IMG/VR virus record: IMGVR_UViG_3300025276_003682 | Location: 1-59,988 of that record | Length of the DNA: 59,988 nt | DNA from: a virus | Lineage: Duplodnaviria > Caudoviricetes | Strand: one strand, 5' to 3' | Shown here: piece by piece, positions 11,201 to 20,486 of the stretch | How positions within the stretch are numbered: the stretch's first letter is position 1 | Layout of the letters: each line of letters opens with the position of its first letter | The notes under the pieces: generated by a model | The model's database searches: none | Told to the model about the DNA's origin: nothing | The model's input: only the letters and a program-made list of their open reading frames with translations | Position numbers and translations under genes: made by a program

Positions 11201-11250
11201 ATAATAATAATAATTTTCACCAATTTTGGGTAGAAACAACAGTAGCGTAA
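5257..11250 (+). CDS. Large fibre/adhesin protein (1997 aa)
   Basis: G/T/S/N-rich. Internal repeats TGKI.GTELEGTSLDING (x3), GNATFAG, GNVGIG and HTHAASDITSGTL. The C-terminus resembles fibronectin type III (APNAPTNLV...YRVYAV). Confidence 0.8.
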   Translation: MANEFKVKKGLIVHGSGSTVLDIQGSQGQLFSITDDLTGTLFAVSDISGVSIFDVNADGTTTLDGNITQTSGTATFGNGITLQQVAGYSLIETNTSSLFLKASNIQIQGDLIPDADSSRNLGATNRYWENLYADNLYGDGSNLTNVAATETDTLDSVTDRGATTTNNITVGTIGSGAITSTGKIQGTELEGTSLDINGNADIAGNLTIDSGYVTLDPDTAGNVLTWKESDSNLTAGQLRSYANRGDIYLYKDGTKTTELSALTDSFIPAIHIGGTTAATGGVLQTTGNVNIDGSANISGDTAISGSFGVVEAFTAEAGGDVVVIGGLEAKSGIDARNYVDIYQDSDSAGLKIFGYDDRSAYSGNLYIDTNGNFQINQTHGAGSGYIQIQAENYLELGGGSLVYTSSNFRIYDAGQLSLGNSGDYKIKHNTAADNLIIHTDDNKGITIDNAGNVTFTEDVVVAGKVTAQEFHTDFVSASIMYESGSTKFGDSSDDNHDFTGSLNIETGDINIDSGRFLTMYGNGSTYHGIGSVDQNANSSDDIRVNSYHNVYIDLDSNNNNTDTTTFFQISQHSGASTLNTPFFKVRGDGRVGINEDNPDSILHVNTGTGTGNANTVIIDRAGSSDYSGISFATAGTIDWSIGQNAAGNFELFENGADAQTRLTVKTSGNVGIGAINPADKLHIQGGNLRLENGATSVNKLIPLGTGGNAALSIKGGNFVHNVYFDTSWNDFRYARLVSSYNTSDSSFYLYKSDASGGTSATTTISTGISTFAGNLSLLGDLNFSGGTGKKIVLGSQRVYALPAQNTKMRILTLANQTSCRVYIDSSENAYNQPIVLDIFYNSQGSAKPVIHRNNHYTWHTHSNDIRFTSDTSGHIYAEKITYSTGRNVNIRKVEEFKGTVTLLDGSTTQTGGGANEVIEGAFGRIQAHGNIDVNSGGVIKMNGTEVISAARVINATSATFAGNVTTSDNSFYISSRKFIARDANGTGLFADDASSGLSIADNGNATFTDNVSSLGTISATGKISGTELEGTSLDINGNADISGNLVIAGTVDGVDISTLSTTFAPISHNHAASEITSGTLDNARLDAKVFINDGGTFSTGFASDVDTLSGFIIKRVTGFTGTDHRAFTGHHNLLQIPNTSSNQHDAQIAFETGTIADGGIKFRNSSGGTWGSWYRLYHEGHLPTLSELGAAADTVVNQSDFVSAANGGTFSGAITSTGKISGTELEGTSLDINGAATFDTNANGLGKIDHKNSNAGSSAYTSIRIMNDVGGAEIWRNSSTRTQTGGAAQSFNIYNSQDTNIWSGGTRAVNFNTSQNATFTGNITVGSTGAAPLLFSKSTYGDMDTDAFYRIKFQDQGGVHNDVGIGQTATGNLGFNITAGKDFLFNGGTSGNALTLNAGGNATFAGNVDLGNSSNITMGVGAPGQLRVKGSGYTGAIALDASAMYIYHDSSLRDLVLGTNETARLTIDGSSGNATFAGTVTANGVALTGDQDLSSFLTASSTDLDSRYFTETEVTNLLADKTDLNHIRSLGTQAFTNGTNPSITTAQVISEIESDGGFDSYSSVFKTSWSYAGNYNLTDAGRFTETAGSSWITWTDNSSDSERGNITTLAIAPNSGGSAGKVFIYNDQGSGYAPGWREVWTSTSDGSGSGLDADKLDGQEGTHYANVQADWNATSGDAFIQNKPSTFTPSSHTHAASDITSGTLAVARGGTGLTANTTYINSNAFANFAVTTADYDTITTRGLYRFQGTLNGPFGTSHTTGLALLESSGNYGWQMASNSSVNNAEGLAYRYKDSSWGPWQTLVTKTFGDGRYVRPNTAPNAPTNLVTSIVSDTVNVTFTASTTANIDNYLVFSSVAGGDYGLISIIPPADFSGTMSIIDDSFNAGGTQAYRVYAVKNGVYSSPLTGTRSFTVGTVEPVNMSVVNLNTAYYIQYDAPASKARFITAYNIYKHEHATQASLLRSSATLIYSGVNNSYMYTISGNNNNNFHQFWVETTVA

Positions 11251-11251
11251 T

Positions 11252-11410
11252 ATGGAAGAGAATTTAAAGTACTGGGAAGATAAAAGAGATCAAAGAATAG
11301 AGGATATAGAATGCCAAACAACAATAGGTAACCCAGACCGGTCATTAATGAATTTATTAATATTGCAGTTAGAAGAAGCAAATACAAAAATCTTAGAAAT
11401 AAATGGGTAA
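11252..11410 (+). CDS. Small hypothetical protein (52 aa; not in the ORF track)
   Basis: ATG 1 nt after the upstream stop, MEENLKYWEDKRDQRIEDIECQ...EING*. It fills the gap and overlaps the next start. Confidence 0.6.
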   Translation: MEENLKYWEDKRDQRIEDIECQTTIGNPDRSLMNLLILQLEEANTKILEING

Positions 11411-13196
11411 GTTTTCACAACAAGTAGTTACAAGAAGTAATATTATTTCTATCACTGGAGCAGGAATGTACGAAAGTGAGGGAACAGTAATAGGTCCGGT
11501 ACAAAAAGGAGGAACTGGTAACTGCCTAATTTCATCTTCAGGTGGGGAATATGATGGAGGGGATAGAGTAATAGGCTTTCACAACGGTTATGATATAGAC
11601 GGAGATATACTAATAACTGTAGGTTGGGGAGATGGGTGTGCCGTAAGAAGGCTAAACAACGATGGTTCAATGACTAAGTTATATCACGATAACCAAGCAT
11701 TATATAGAGATACAAGTTCAACTTATAACCACTTGCAATCCTGTGCAATGGCAAAAGGGGTAAACAAAGCTGTTATAGGTACATACAACGTTTATGGTTA
11801 TTCTATAATAGACTACAGAGGAGCTGTTGATGGAACAACAAACGGAGGAGCAGTAATAAGAGAAGATAGACCAGCACATACAAACCCAACAGACTTTATA
11901 GATGATTCAGGAACCAATTCAAGAGCAAACGGTTATATTAGAAGATATGGATCATCGTACTATGGAGCACTTTGTGCAGCAGGTGAATGGATTTACGCAT
12001 CATCCCATGATTCAAACACTCACTATAAAAAATACGGAAGAAGAAATTTAGCAACTGGTGCTCAAGAATTTATTAGTGGAGTAACAGATAAGAAATCGGG
12101 AACAGCAGATGAAGATAGAAATGGGTACAGAGCTTTTTTAGCATACGACGAAGTAAACGATAGAATGTTCTACTTTAATCATGACGGTAATGGAGCTTTT
12201 ACTGTTATACTAGATGCTTCAACAGCATCACCTGAAGCAGTTTGGTGTGATCTAGAAGATACAATAGCAGGTACAAATTCTGTTTTCACTATGAGTGGAT
12301 ATAGTAGAGAACAGGGACTTTATATACCTGATCCTGTTAGTGCACCAAACGTAATTATAATGGGCGGATACGATTATATTATGGAAGTTAACTTTACTCC
12401 ATGTTTAACTGGAGGAGTACCCAACGTCACTAAAAGAACTAGTAATAGAAATTATACAAATGGCGTAAATCACCCAGGTAACATGAGATTGGGTAATAAG
12501 TTTCAAAAATCAACCGGAACACCTATGGATAAGATGCCCGACTATGCAGGAAGTTTCTGTGGGTATTATGCCGATAGAGGATATGCAAAAGTAGATGGAG
12601 GATTTGTGGATACAGATAACTTCAAGATATACGCTAGAAAAGAAACGTCAAACTACGTAGAGGATCAAGCTAGTGTATATGGAGGTTCAGCAAGGGGAAG
12701 GAGCTTTCAATCTGACTATGCAGTTAACGCAGTATTAATGTCATCAGCAAACGGGTCTAAATACTGGGTAAGAATGGGGTATGGATCAGATGGACATTCA
12801 TTTAGAATATGGCCAGAAGCTACAAAGCCAATAGAGTTTATTGGGAACTGGGAAATAGAATATGGAACATACACTTTAGATAATTCTGCTAATGTGGATA
12901 TGGTGTTTGTAGGCGGTGCGTCTTATTTCTGTATACCAACTAATTGCACCCTCAGTATATTCGTTAGTAATGATAACGGAACTACTTATGAAGCCTATAA
13001 TAAAGATACAGTAGAATCACATGTCTTTGGATCAACAGGGACCCAGTTAAGACTAAAATTGATTGCAACAGGGCATCCAAATAAAGCTCCTTTTTTAGTA
13101 AGTCAGACACCATTAACAGTGGATTACGGATCGATGCATGATGCTGCCAAACATTCGAATATAAAATTTAAGATAACAAGAAAAAGACTAAGATAA
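11403..13196 (+). CDS. Putative virion structural/receptor-binding protein (597 aa, beta-rich)
   Basis: Long G/Y/D-rich ORF among fibre genes. No catalytic motif recognised. Confidence 0.6.
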   Translation: MGKFSQQVVTRSNIISITGAGMYESEGTVIGPVQKGGTGNCLISSSGGEYDGGDRVIGFHNGYDIDGDILITVGWGDGCAVRRLNNDGSMTKLYHDNQALYRDTSSTYNHLQSCAMAKGVNKAVIGTYNVYGYSIIDYRGAVDGTTNGGAVIREDRPAHTNPTDFIDDSGTNSRANGYIRRYGSSYYGALCAAGEWIYASSHDSNTHYKKYGRRNLATGAQEFISGVTDKKSGTADEDRNGYRAFLAYDEVNDRMFYFNHDGNGAFTVILDASTASPEAVWCDLEDTIAGTNSVFTMSGYSREQGLYIPDPVSAPNVIIMGGYDYIMEVNFTPCLTGGVPNVTKRTSNRNYTNGVNHPGNMRLGNKFQKSTGTPMDKMPDYAGSFCGYYADRGYAKVDGGFVDTDNFKIYARKETSNYVEDQASVYGGSARGRSFQSDYAVNAVLMSSANGSKYWVRMGYGSDGHSFRIWPEATKPIEFIGNWEIEYGTYTLDNSANVDMVFVGGASYFCIPTNCTLSIFVSNDNGTTYEAYNKDTVESHVFGSTGTQLRLKLIATGHPNKAPFLVSQTPLTVDYGSMHDAAKHSNIKFKITRKRLR

Positions 13197-13197
13197 T

Positions 13198-16100
13198 ATG
13201 GCTACAATAACAGGAACTAGAAGACATTTGGGGATTACCTCCGATACTTTTGACAGTAACGGAAACGTAGTAGTTGGCGGTGATTTAACTGTAGAAGGAA
13301 CTACAACAACTTTAGATACAGCTAATCTATTAGTAGAAGATAAAAATATAATTATCGGAAATGTATCTACACCTTCTGATACTACTGCTGATGGTGGTGG
13401 GATAACTTTGAAAGGAGCTAGTGACTATACCATTAATTGGGTAAATGCTAATGACAGGTGGGAATTTAATCAAGGAATATACTCATCAGGAACATTAGCA
13501 TCTAATGGTCTAAATATTAATGGTAATGCTATTATATCAGGAAATTTAAGCGGAGTTGATACGTTAACTGCTACAACGTTGATTGTAACAAATTACGGAC
13601 TAGTTTCTGGTGATATTCCTAATAATGCTGCTAACACTACAGGTTTAGCATCTCATGCAACTAATTTAAATGCTACAGATGATAGAGATATTGCCCCAGA
13701 AGATTTAACTTATAATGATGATCTTCGTATATTTTTTGCAGAAAAATCAGGTATAGAAGGCGGCACGGTTGGAAGTGATTATCAAGATTTATTAGTTTTA
13801 AACTCCTATGCCGATTCATCAGGTGGTACTGCAAACGCATTAGGTTTTGATAAGAATTCAAAAAGAATATTACATTACAATTCAGCCCAAACAGCAACCA
13901 ATTGGGGAACACCAAAACAATTAGCATATACCGATAGTGATATAACAGGTGAAGCAGCTACAGTAGCAGAAATAGGTAATTTAACGGGGCATATAACATC
14001 TGTAGATAGGGCAACATCATTAGGTTCGTTTACAACAGCAGAATTAAATGCAGCTATTTCTGATGGGACAATAAATTCACAAACACTACCTTCAGACTTT
14101 GTATCAGCAGCAAATGGAGGGACATTCGCTAATACAGTTAACATTGCAGATATAATTGACGGGCCTTTTGCAGCTCTTAGATTAATGAACCAAAAAACTT
14201 ATGGTTCAGGTACTGGTACAAACGAAGAAGTAAGGTTTGTAATGGGTATATCTGAAAGCGGTATATCTTTTGATAGTAGAGAAGGTTTTGCTATAGAGCT
14301 TGGAATTGCCGATCAAAGTGACTCCAGTAATGGTGTTGTTAATTTTAAAGTAAGAGATGGCGGTACATTAGGTACTTACTCAACAGTAACTGGTTCTGAT
14401 AAATCAGTTTCTTTCGTAGGCGATTTATCTATTAATTCAAGTTTATATGTAAAAGGAGCTAACGAAAGAATATACATGAACGGGGGAGGAGCTACAAACT
14501 GGAGAGGTGTTGAAGTGAATTCATCAGGTTTGTGGTCATGGGGTGAAACTGGGGTGGGTAACTACTTTTCTAAAAACATCGGGATTGGAACTACATCTAC
14601 AAGTAACTTATTAAGTTTGAGGGGCAGCGGTCAAAATTACTCAACTAGTCCTGCTATAAAAATGTGGGATTCATATAATTCTAAAGGATGGTATGTAGGT
14701 AGCGCTAATAATCATGCAGCTGGAGATTTTTACATAAGATCAGTTACTTCAGAAGCAGCTTATCCTGTAGCTGCTAATCAAGAATTTACAATAAAACAAT
14801 CTGGAAACGTTGGAATCGGGACAATTAATCCTGATGGTAAACTAGAGGTATTGGGGGTTGACAATAATACAATACTAACGTTAACTAGAGGCAATGCTTC
14901 TCAATATTTAACTTTTAGGGGTTATCAAATGGCTAGCAATGGAAACAACATGCTTGTTTCGGCTGATGATACTAAGCAAGTTTGGTTGGGTCATCAAAGT
15001 AGTACATCGGAATTAGTAGTAGATGTAGGAGGTAACGTCGGTATCGGGACAACTACTCCACAATCTAAATTTGACGTTAAATTGGCAAACAATACAGTAG
15101 CAAGTATTGGAGGTACAGTATCAGCTGGTTCTTACGCCGGTTTACATTTTGGTTATTCAGAAGCAGCCAATGTAAACTACAGGCATTCAGCAATTGTATT
15201 TGAAAGAGATGATGCAGCCCATGGAGATGCAAGAGGTAATATACACATATTAAATAGTCCTGGAGGAAGCACTAGTGCAAATCTAGGTGATGCTAGACTA
15301 ACTATAACACCGAGTGGTAGCGTTGGTATAGGGACAACTAGTCCTAGCAGTAAATTAGAAGTATATGCATCAGGTTCGACAGTATTAGACATACAAGGAT
15401 CACAAGGACAGTTATTCTCTATAACAGACAATCTAACAGGAGATTTATTCACAGTCTCAGATATATCAGGAGTACCAATATTTAATGTAAATGCTACCGG
15501 CCTAGCTACTGTTGATGGAGTAATGAGTATCGGCCTAAACGGGGCAACACCGATATTCACTCTAGATGTTGGCGGGGATATAGGTACAGATAGGTACATA
15601 AGACACAACGGAGATTCCAATACCTACTTCGGTTTTAGCGGTGCGGATACTATACAATTTAATACAAACTCAAGTGAAAGATTAAGAATAGACAGCTCCG
15701 GAGACGTATTTATAACAGGCCAGGTTGGTATTGGAGCAACACCTGTATCACCTTTAACTGTAAAATCAAATTCAGTAAGCTCAGGTGAATCTGGTATAGT
15801 TATACAAGCAAACGGAAATACAAATAGTATAATTAAATTAGGAGAAAAAGCTACTGACGGAGCAAGGTTAGAAATGCTTGACGCTGGAGTTACTAAAATA
15901 GCTTTATTCACAGATGGTACAGGTAACTATATAACTGCAGGCAACGTTGGGATTGGAGTGACTAGCCCGGCTACTTTATTGCATACAGCGATATTACCAG
16001 TACCTTCAAGTACAGTTGCAAATGAATTAAGAATAGAAAGTAGAACTGTTACCGGCTACGGTGGGGAATCTAACATTAATCTATATACATCACAATACGG

Positions 16101-17691
16101 TAACCCAGGAATTTACTTTGGTAATCAAGCAGCAATAGCATCACAACCAGCTTCCATTAAGTTTACAGGATCTAGTAGCTTACTAACTATCAATACTACT
16201 GGGGCGTTCCAAGTCTCAAGAAGCGGTGTTCCTAGGCTGAATATTTCTAATACTGTCGCCTATTTTACTGGAATTAACGTTGGTATTGGGATGACTAATC
16301 CTAGCAGTAAATTAGAAGTAGACGGAGATATAAAAGGTGACTCATTCAGTAGTGACGGTAATGCTAAATTCTATACATGGAGAGCATTAGAAAATACAAC
16401 TAATGGAACAAATATTTATCATAGAATAGCAAGAATTACTGCAACTCAATCCACCAGGTTTATTATAGAACTTGCAGGTAGATCTGCTTCCTACGGTGAT
16501 GGTCAAATACCTGCTTATGGAAAACTTGTAGGGCAATTAAATAATGATAATAATTATGATTTAATTTACTACGATTTTACAAACGGTGTTAACGGAACTA
16601 GTCAAGTAGTTACTCAAATAGGACAAGTAGATGTAAGTACTACAGCAACAGACATTTATATACGAAACGGTGAATTCTCAGAAATCACAGCTACAGCACA
16701 TATTTCTGATGGAACGATAACACCATACAGCAACAGTAACGGATCAACCTCTGCACCATCAGGATTTTCTACTGCAAACACAGCCACAGTATGGAACTCA
16801 ACAAACTCAAGTGCACTTGCAGCTACATTAACATCATCGTTCCCAAAAGGAAGTACTACAAACTACACCACAGCAGCAACAAGTAATACTGACGCCTGGT
16901 ATAAGTTATTTCAAATACAGGACAACAATTCTTGTCCAATAGAATGTCATATAAGGAGTTATGCTCATACATCGCTATCTTTCATAGCATCAGAGGGATA
17001 TGCAGGAGGCGCAGCACATATCAACATTCTAGATGCACATGTAAGCTCTACCAATTCTGCCTATAAATTTATAGAAGGTATACGTATTACAGCATCAGGA
17101 GTTGTAGAAATACTACTGAATGGCGGAAGTAATGTATCCGTAGAAATGACATTAATTGGAGATGCAATTCCAGAATCATCATTAGTTGTTTCAACAGAAA
17201 GTACTGCAAATATAAGAGACTCAGTAACGTCCCTTTCAACCGGTATGGTAAGAGCTTACGGAGATGTATCGGTTGGAGAGACTTTATCATATACAAGACC
17301 AACAGCGAATAATCAATTCAGAGGTGAAATAGTTACTTTTGGAAATCACGGTACAATAACTGCAGGAGATCTAGTGTATCTTAATACTTCTGGCGCTTGG
17401 AACAGAGCAAAAGCAGATACAGGTACAACAAGTAAAGCTCTTTTAGGAGTAGCACTGGGAACTAAAGCTTCTGATGGGATACTATTAAGAGGTTTTTCAA
17501 GATCTACTGCAACTTTTACAGAATCTGTAAACGCAGGATTACCGTTATATGTAAGTACTGCCACAGCTGGAAATGCAACTGCAGCTATTCCAAGTACTAC
17601 AGGACATATAGCTAGAATAGTAGGATACTCTACCGGAGTTTCATCAGAAATATACTTCTGCCCAGATAACACATTTGTAGAAATAGCATAG
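13198..17691 (+). CDS. Large fibre protein (1497 aa)
   Basis: N-terminal GDLTVEGTTTT...VEDKNI...ADGGGITLKG fibre motif and about 7 GNVGIG-type repeats. Shares modules with 5257..11250. Confidence 0.8.
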   Translation: MATITGTRRHLGITSDTFDSNGNVVVGGDLTVEGTTTTLDTANLLVEDKNIIIGNVSTPSDTTADGGGITLKGASDYTINWVNANDRWEFNQGIYSSGTLASNGLNINGNAIISGNLSGVDTLTATTLIVTNYGLVSGDIPNNAANTTGLASHATNLNATDDRDIAPEDLTYNDDLRIFFAEKSGIEGGTVGSDYQDLLVLNSYADSSGGTANALGFDKNSKRILHYNSAQTATNWGTPKQLAYTDSDITGEAATVAEIGNLTGHITSVDRATSLGSFTTAELNAAISDGTINSQTLPSDFVSAANGGTFANTVNIADIIDGPFAALRLMNQKTYGSGTGTNEEVRFVMGISESGISFDSREGFAIELGIADQSDSSNGVVNFKVRDGGTLGTYSTVTGSDKSVSFVGDLSINSSLYVKGANERIYMNGGGATNWRGVEVNSSGLWSWGETGVGNYFSKNIGIGTTSTSNLLSLRGSGQNYSTSPAIKMWDSYNSKGWYVGSANNHAAGDFYIRSVTSEAAYPVAANQEFTIKQSGNVGIGTINPDGKLEVLGVDNNTILTLTRGNASQYLTFRGYQMASNGNNMLVSADDTKQVWLGHQSSTSELVVDVGGNVGIGTTTPQSKFDVKLANNTVASIGGTVSAGSYAGLHFGYSEAANVNYRHSAIVFERDDAAHGDARGNIHILNSPGGSTSANLGDARLTITPSGSVGIGTTSPSSKLEVYASGSTVLDIQGSQGQLFSITDNLTGDLFTVSDISGVPIFNVNATGLATVDGVMSIGLNGATPIFTLDVGGDIGTDRYIRHNGDSNTYFGFSGADTIQFNTNSSERLRIDSSGDVFITGQVGIGATPVSPLTVKSNSVSSGESGIVIQANGNTNSIIKLGEKATDGARLEMLDAGVTKIALFTDGTGNYITAGNVGIGVTSPATLLHTAILPVPSSTVANELRIESRTVTGYGGESNINLYTSQYGNPGIYFGNQAAIASQPASIKFTGSSSLLTINTTGAFQVSRSGVPRLNISNTVAYFTGINVGIGMTNPSSKLEVDGDIKGDSFSSDGNAKFYTWRALENTTNGTNIYHRIARITATQSTRFIIELAGRSASYGDGQIPAYGKLVGQLNNDNNYDLIYYDFTNGVNGTSQVVTQIGQVDVSTTATDIYIRNGEFSEITATAHISDGTITPYSNSNGSTSAPSGFSTANTATVWNSTNSSALAATLTSSFPKGSTTNYTTAATSNTDAWYKLFQIQDNNSCPIECHIRSYAHTSLSFIASEGYAGGAAHINILDAHVSSTNSAYKFIEGIRITASGVVEILLNGGSNVSVEMTLIGDAIPESSLVVSTESTANIRDSVTSLSTGMVRAYGDVSVGETLSYTRPTANNQFRGEIVTFGNHGTITAGDLVYLNTSGAWNRAKADTGTTSKALLGVALGTKASDGILLRGFSRSTATFTESVNAGLPLYVSTATAGNATAAIPSTTGHIARIVGYSTGVSSEIYFCPDNTFVEIA

Positions 17692-17719
17692 TAAAGTTAA
17701 CATAAAATATATAAAGGAG

Positions 17720-18418
17720 ATGCCAGAAGGAAAAAAGATAGAAAAAGCAGATCACAAGTTTGAATATAAGCCCGGTTACAAAGAAAAGGAATTAAATTTT
17801 AGCAAAAATAAAATATCATTTTCCGATGGTTTAGAGACCTTTAACATAATGATGGAGTGGGAAACTCCGATAATGAAAAGATCAGCTGAATGGGTAACAA
17901 ACGATGGTAAAGCAGAAAGCGTATTAGAAATAGGATTCGGTATGGGGATAGCAGCAGGCCTGATACAGAAATACTCTCCAGATATACACACAATAGTAGA
18001 ATTACACCCAGAGATAGTTATAAGAGCACAAGCATTTGCAAATACCCAAAACAAACTATTTAGTCAAAAAAAATCGACAGCCCATAAAAAGGTAGAAATT
18101 ATTGGAGGAAAAGACTGGTATGGAGAATTCCAAAAAACGTTTGAAGAATCAAAATTAAGACAATACCATGCAGTTTTTATTGATACATATAATGACAATA
18201 ATCTAGATAAGATTAAAGACTACATTACTAAAATACTAGCTCCAAAAGGAAGAATGACATGGTGGAATCCAATGCAAGATAGTATACCGGACGAAAAAAC
18301 TCAAAAAAAACGAGGACTTACATATGAACGTATTAAAATGAGCGATCATGGAATATTGGTACCTAGTAATAAATACCATACAACAGATACGTACTGGATG
18401 CCTAAATACGAAAGATAA
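17720..18418 (+). CDS. Class I SAM-dependent methyltransferase, GAMT/RMT2-like
   Basis: MMEWETPIM, VLEIGFGMGI, HTIVELHPEI and FIDTY match the guanidinoacetate / RMT2 arginine methyltransferase pattern. Confidence 0.8.
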   Translation: MPEGKKIEKADHKFEYKPGYKEKELNFSKNKISFSDGLETFNIMMEWETPIMKRSAEWVTNDGKAESVLEIGFGMGIAAGLIQKYSPDIHTIVELHPEIVIRAQAFANTQNKLFSQKKSTAHKKVEIIGGKDWYGEFQKTFEESKLRQYHAVFIDTYNDNNLDKIKDYITKILAPKGRMTWWNPMQDSIPDEKTQKKRGLTYERIKMSDHGILVPSNKYHTTDTYWMPKYER

Positions 18419-18440
18419 TTAATATAATAACAAAAGAGTT

Positions 18441-19979
18441 ATGCCAACAATACCAACAAGTAAACAGTCAATAGACGGAACAGTAGGACACTCACTAGAT
18501 ACAACAGGGTATACCTGGAGTGATACTAGAGATGCAAGTACCGGTTCTGGACTAGTATCTATTAACCCAACAGTAATGGGACCTGAAGCTTATAAACAAA
18601 CAGGAGGTAGAGGAAATTTGTGGAAAATAAGTAGAGATATGTTATCTTTTAATTTCTCTGGGGTAACAGGTACAATAACACAGTTAAATTTAAAACTATA
18701 TAAATCTACCGGATACACATCATTCAAAGACGTTATAGTAATTAAAAATAGTAATACATGGGATTCAAGCTTCTTTGCTTTAACTACAGCCGACTATAAC
18801 GTAGACTTTAGTACCCCGTACTCTGCTGAATATACAATGCCAACAGGAGGATCAGGAACTTTAAAAACCATTTCGTTAAACTCGGATGCTAAAGCTGATG
18901 CAGTAGGTAATGCTAACTTTAATTTAGCAATATGCGACCATACCTATGACTTCAGTGACGTCGATCCAACAGGACTTTCAAACGACTTTGCTTCCTTTTA
19001 TTACAATAACTCTTCTTACTACCCTAGATTAGAATATACATTAGATACTGGGTATGGTGAAATAGTTAACGGTGTTATAGCAGCTAATATAAACAAAATT
19101 AAAGACGTAGTAAGATTAAATGTAAGTAAAGTAATAGATACTCCATACAGCAGTACAAGTAGCTGGAGTATATCCGACATTACGACTGGAGGATCTAAAG
19201 ATATAACCTCATTAATAAATGGATCTAACACTCCAGCAAACATTCAACCGTATGTTGATCCAACTGGTACTAAACTGTATGTGGTTGAGTATACCAATAA
19301 GAAAATTAGACAATTAAGTATATCAACGGCACACGACCTATCGTCTACAATTGCCAACGTTGGAATAAGCTCAGCACTTACTACCAGCTTTACGCATTTT
19401 CAAATGTCCAGCGACGGTACTAAAGCGTATATCCGATACAATAGCAGTATTGTACAGTATACGTTAAGCACAGCATGGAACATAACAACAATGGCAACTA
19501 CCGGAACTTCCCTATCTTTCTTAGTACCTTTTGGAGGGTATCCAAAAGGATTACACTTTAGTCCTGATGGAACAGAATTGACTATAGTAACAGTAGATTC
19601 CTCACCTAATCAAGTAAATATAGTTAAGTGGGACCTATCAACAGCATGGAGCCTATCAACAGCAGGTACACCATCATATAATGATATTACAACAACCGGA
19701 CCTAATGGTCCAATAACAATCGGCTCTATCGGCATAATGGAATTATGGACCGGAGAAACAATATATATGATAAATTGCAGTGCTACTGACGATACTTTAT
19801 ACGAAGACGGCGTAACCAATGCTGATTTTAAAGAGACTGACTCATTAACAGGTGTTGAAGGAAATTTTGCATCAATAGAAAATGGTAGCCACTATCTATA
19901 CTATATGAAGAGATTAGGAGGCACTAGCCCGTTTACATGGACAATCCATCAGAAAGTGCTAGGTAACTTTACTCCATAG
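18441..19979 (+). CDS. Virion structural protein with C-terminal beta-propeller-like repeats
   Basis: Repeats of the form (P/S)DGT(K/E)LY...YTLSTAW.I.T. Confidence 0.6.
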   Translation: MPTIPTSKQSIDGTVGHSLDTTGYTWSDTRDASTGSGLVSINPTVMGPEAYKQTGGRGNLWKISRDMLSFNFSGVTGTITQLNLKLYKSTGYTSFKDVIVIKNSNTWDSSFFALTTADYNVDFSTPYSAEYTMPTGGSGTLKTISLNSDAKADAVGNANFNLAICDHTYDFSDVDPTGLSNDFASFYYNNSSYYPRLEYTLDTGYGEIVNGVIAANINKIKDVVRLNVSKVIDTPYSSTSSWSISDITTGGSKDITSLINGSNTPANIQPYVDPTGTKLYVVEYTNKKIRQLSISTAHDLSSTIANVGISSALTTSFTHFQMSSDGTKAYIRYNSSIVQYTLSTAWNITTMATTGTSLSFLVPFGGYPKGLHFSPDGTELTIVTVDSSPNQVNIVKWDLSTAWSLSTAGTPSYNDITTTGPNGPITIGSIGIMELWTGETIYMINCSATDDTLYEDGVTNADFKETDSLTGVEGNFASIENGSHYLYYMKRLGGTSPFTWTIHQKVLGNFTP

Positions 19980-20049
19980 GTTAAAGTTATTTTTACTATA
20001 TTTATATAAAGAACAATAAACTAAAGTTCAACACTTAATACAATAAAAT

Positions 20050-20391
20050 ATGAATACTTATAACTGGGACTGTAAAACAGTAGATGTACACCCTTCAGAA
20101 GGAGGACAAACAAACGTTATCTATAATGTACATTGGAGAGTAGAAGGTACTTCTGATGCACTAGACGCAAACGATAATGCCTACACTGCAACAAGTATAG
20201 GAACACAACACTTAGAGTTTACATCTGGAAGCGCATTTACTGCATTCGACGACCTAGCACATGCAACAATTATTAACTGGGTAAAAGCAGGAATGGGAGA
20301 AGCGCAAGTCAATTTAATACATGGAGGGATAGACTCACAAATTTCTGAATTTCAAACACCAACTTCAGTTACACTAACAGTAGAAGACTAA
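20050..20391 (+). CDS. Hypothetical protein, possible fibre assembly factor (113 aa)
   Basis: Clean ORF downstream of TATTTATA, with motifs NVIYNVHW and FTAFDDL...IINWV. Confidence 0.6.
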   Translation: MNTYNWDCKTVDVHPSEGGQTNVIYNVHWRVEGTSDALDANDNAYTATSIGTQHLEFTSGSAFTAFDDLAHATIINWVKAGMGEAQVNLIHGGIDSQISEFQTPTSVTLTVED

Positions 20392-20415
20392 GAATAAAAA
20401 AATATAGTAAATAAG

Positions 20416-20444
20416 TTGTAGAATTAAATATTAGTTCTTATATT
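20416..20444 (+). promoter_or_regulatory. Putative Bacteroidota-type sigma promoter TTG-N20-TATATT
   Basis: The same bipartite motif, with spacing counted at 19-20 nt, has TTG at 20416, 23654, 35809, 37656, 45193, 48834, 51929, 54928 and 57043 (TAG variant at 46298). It resembles the Bacteroidota -33 TTG / -7 TAnnTTTG promoter. Confidence 0.7.
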
Positions 20445-20486
20445 ATATTATATATATAATTTAATCGATTAATTTAAAGTTAAAAA

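Noticed and set aside
1306-17691. Diversity-generating retroelement explaining the repeats
   Set aside because: No reverse transcriptase is in the window, and repeat differences are not confined to adenines.
5257-17691. CRISPR-like array from recurring ggaaacgcaacttttgcagg or GNVGIG-coding repeats
   Set aside because: Copies are in-frame coding motifs with irregular spacing and degenerate sequence.
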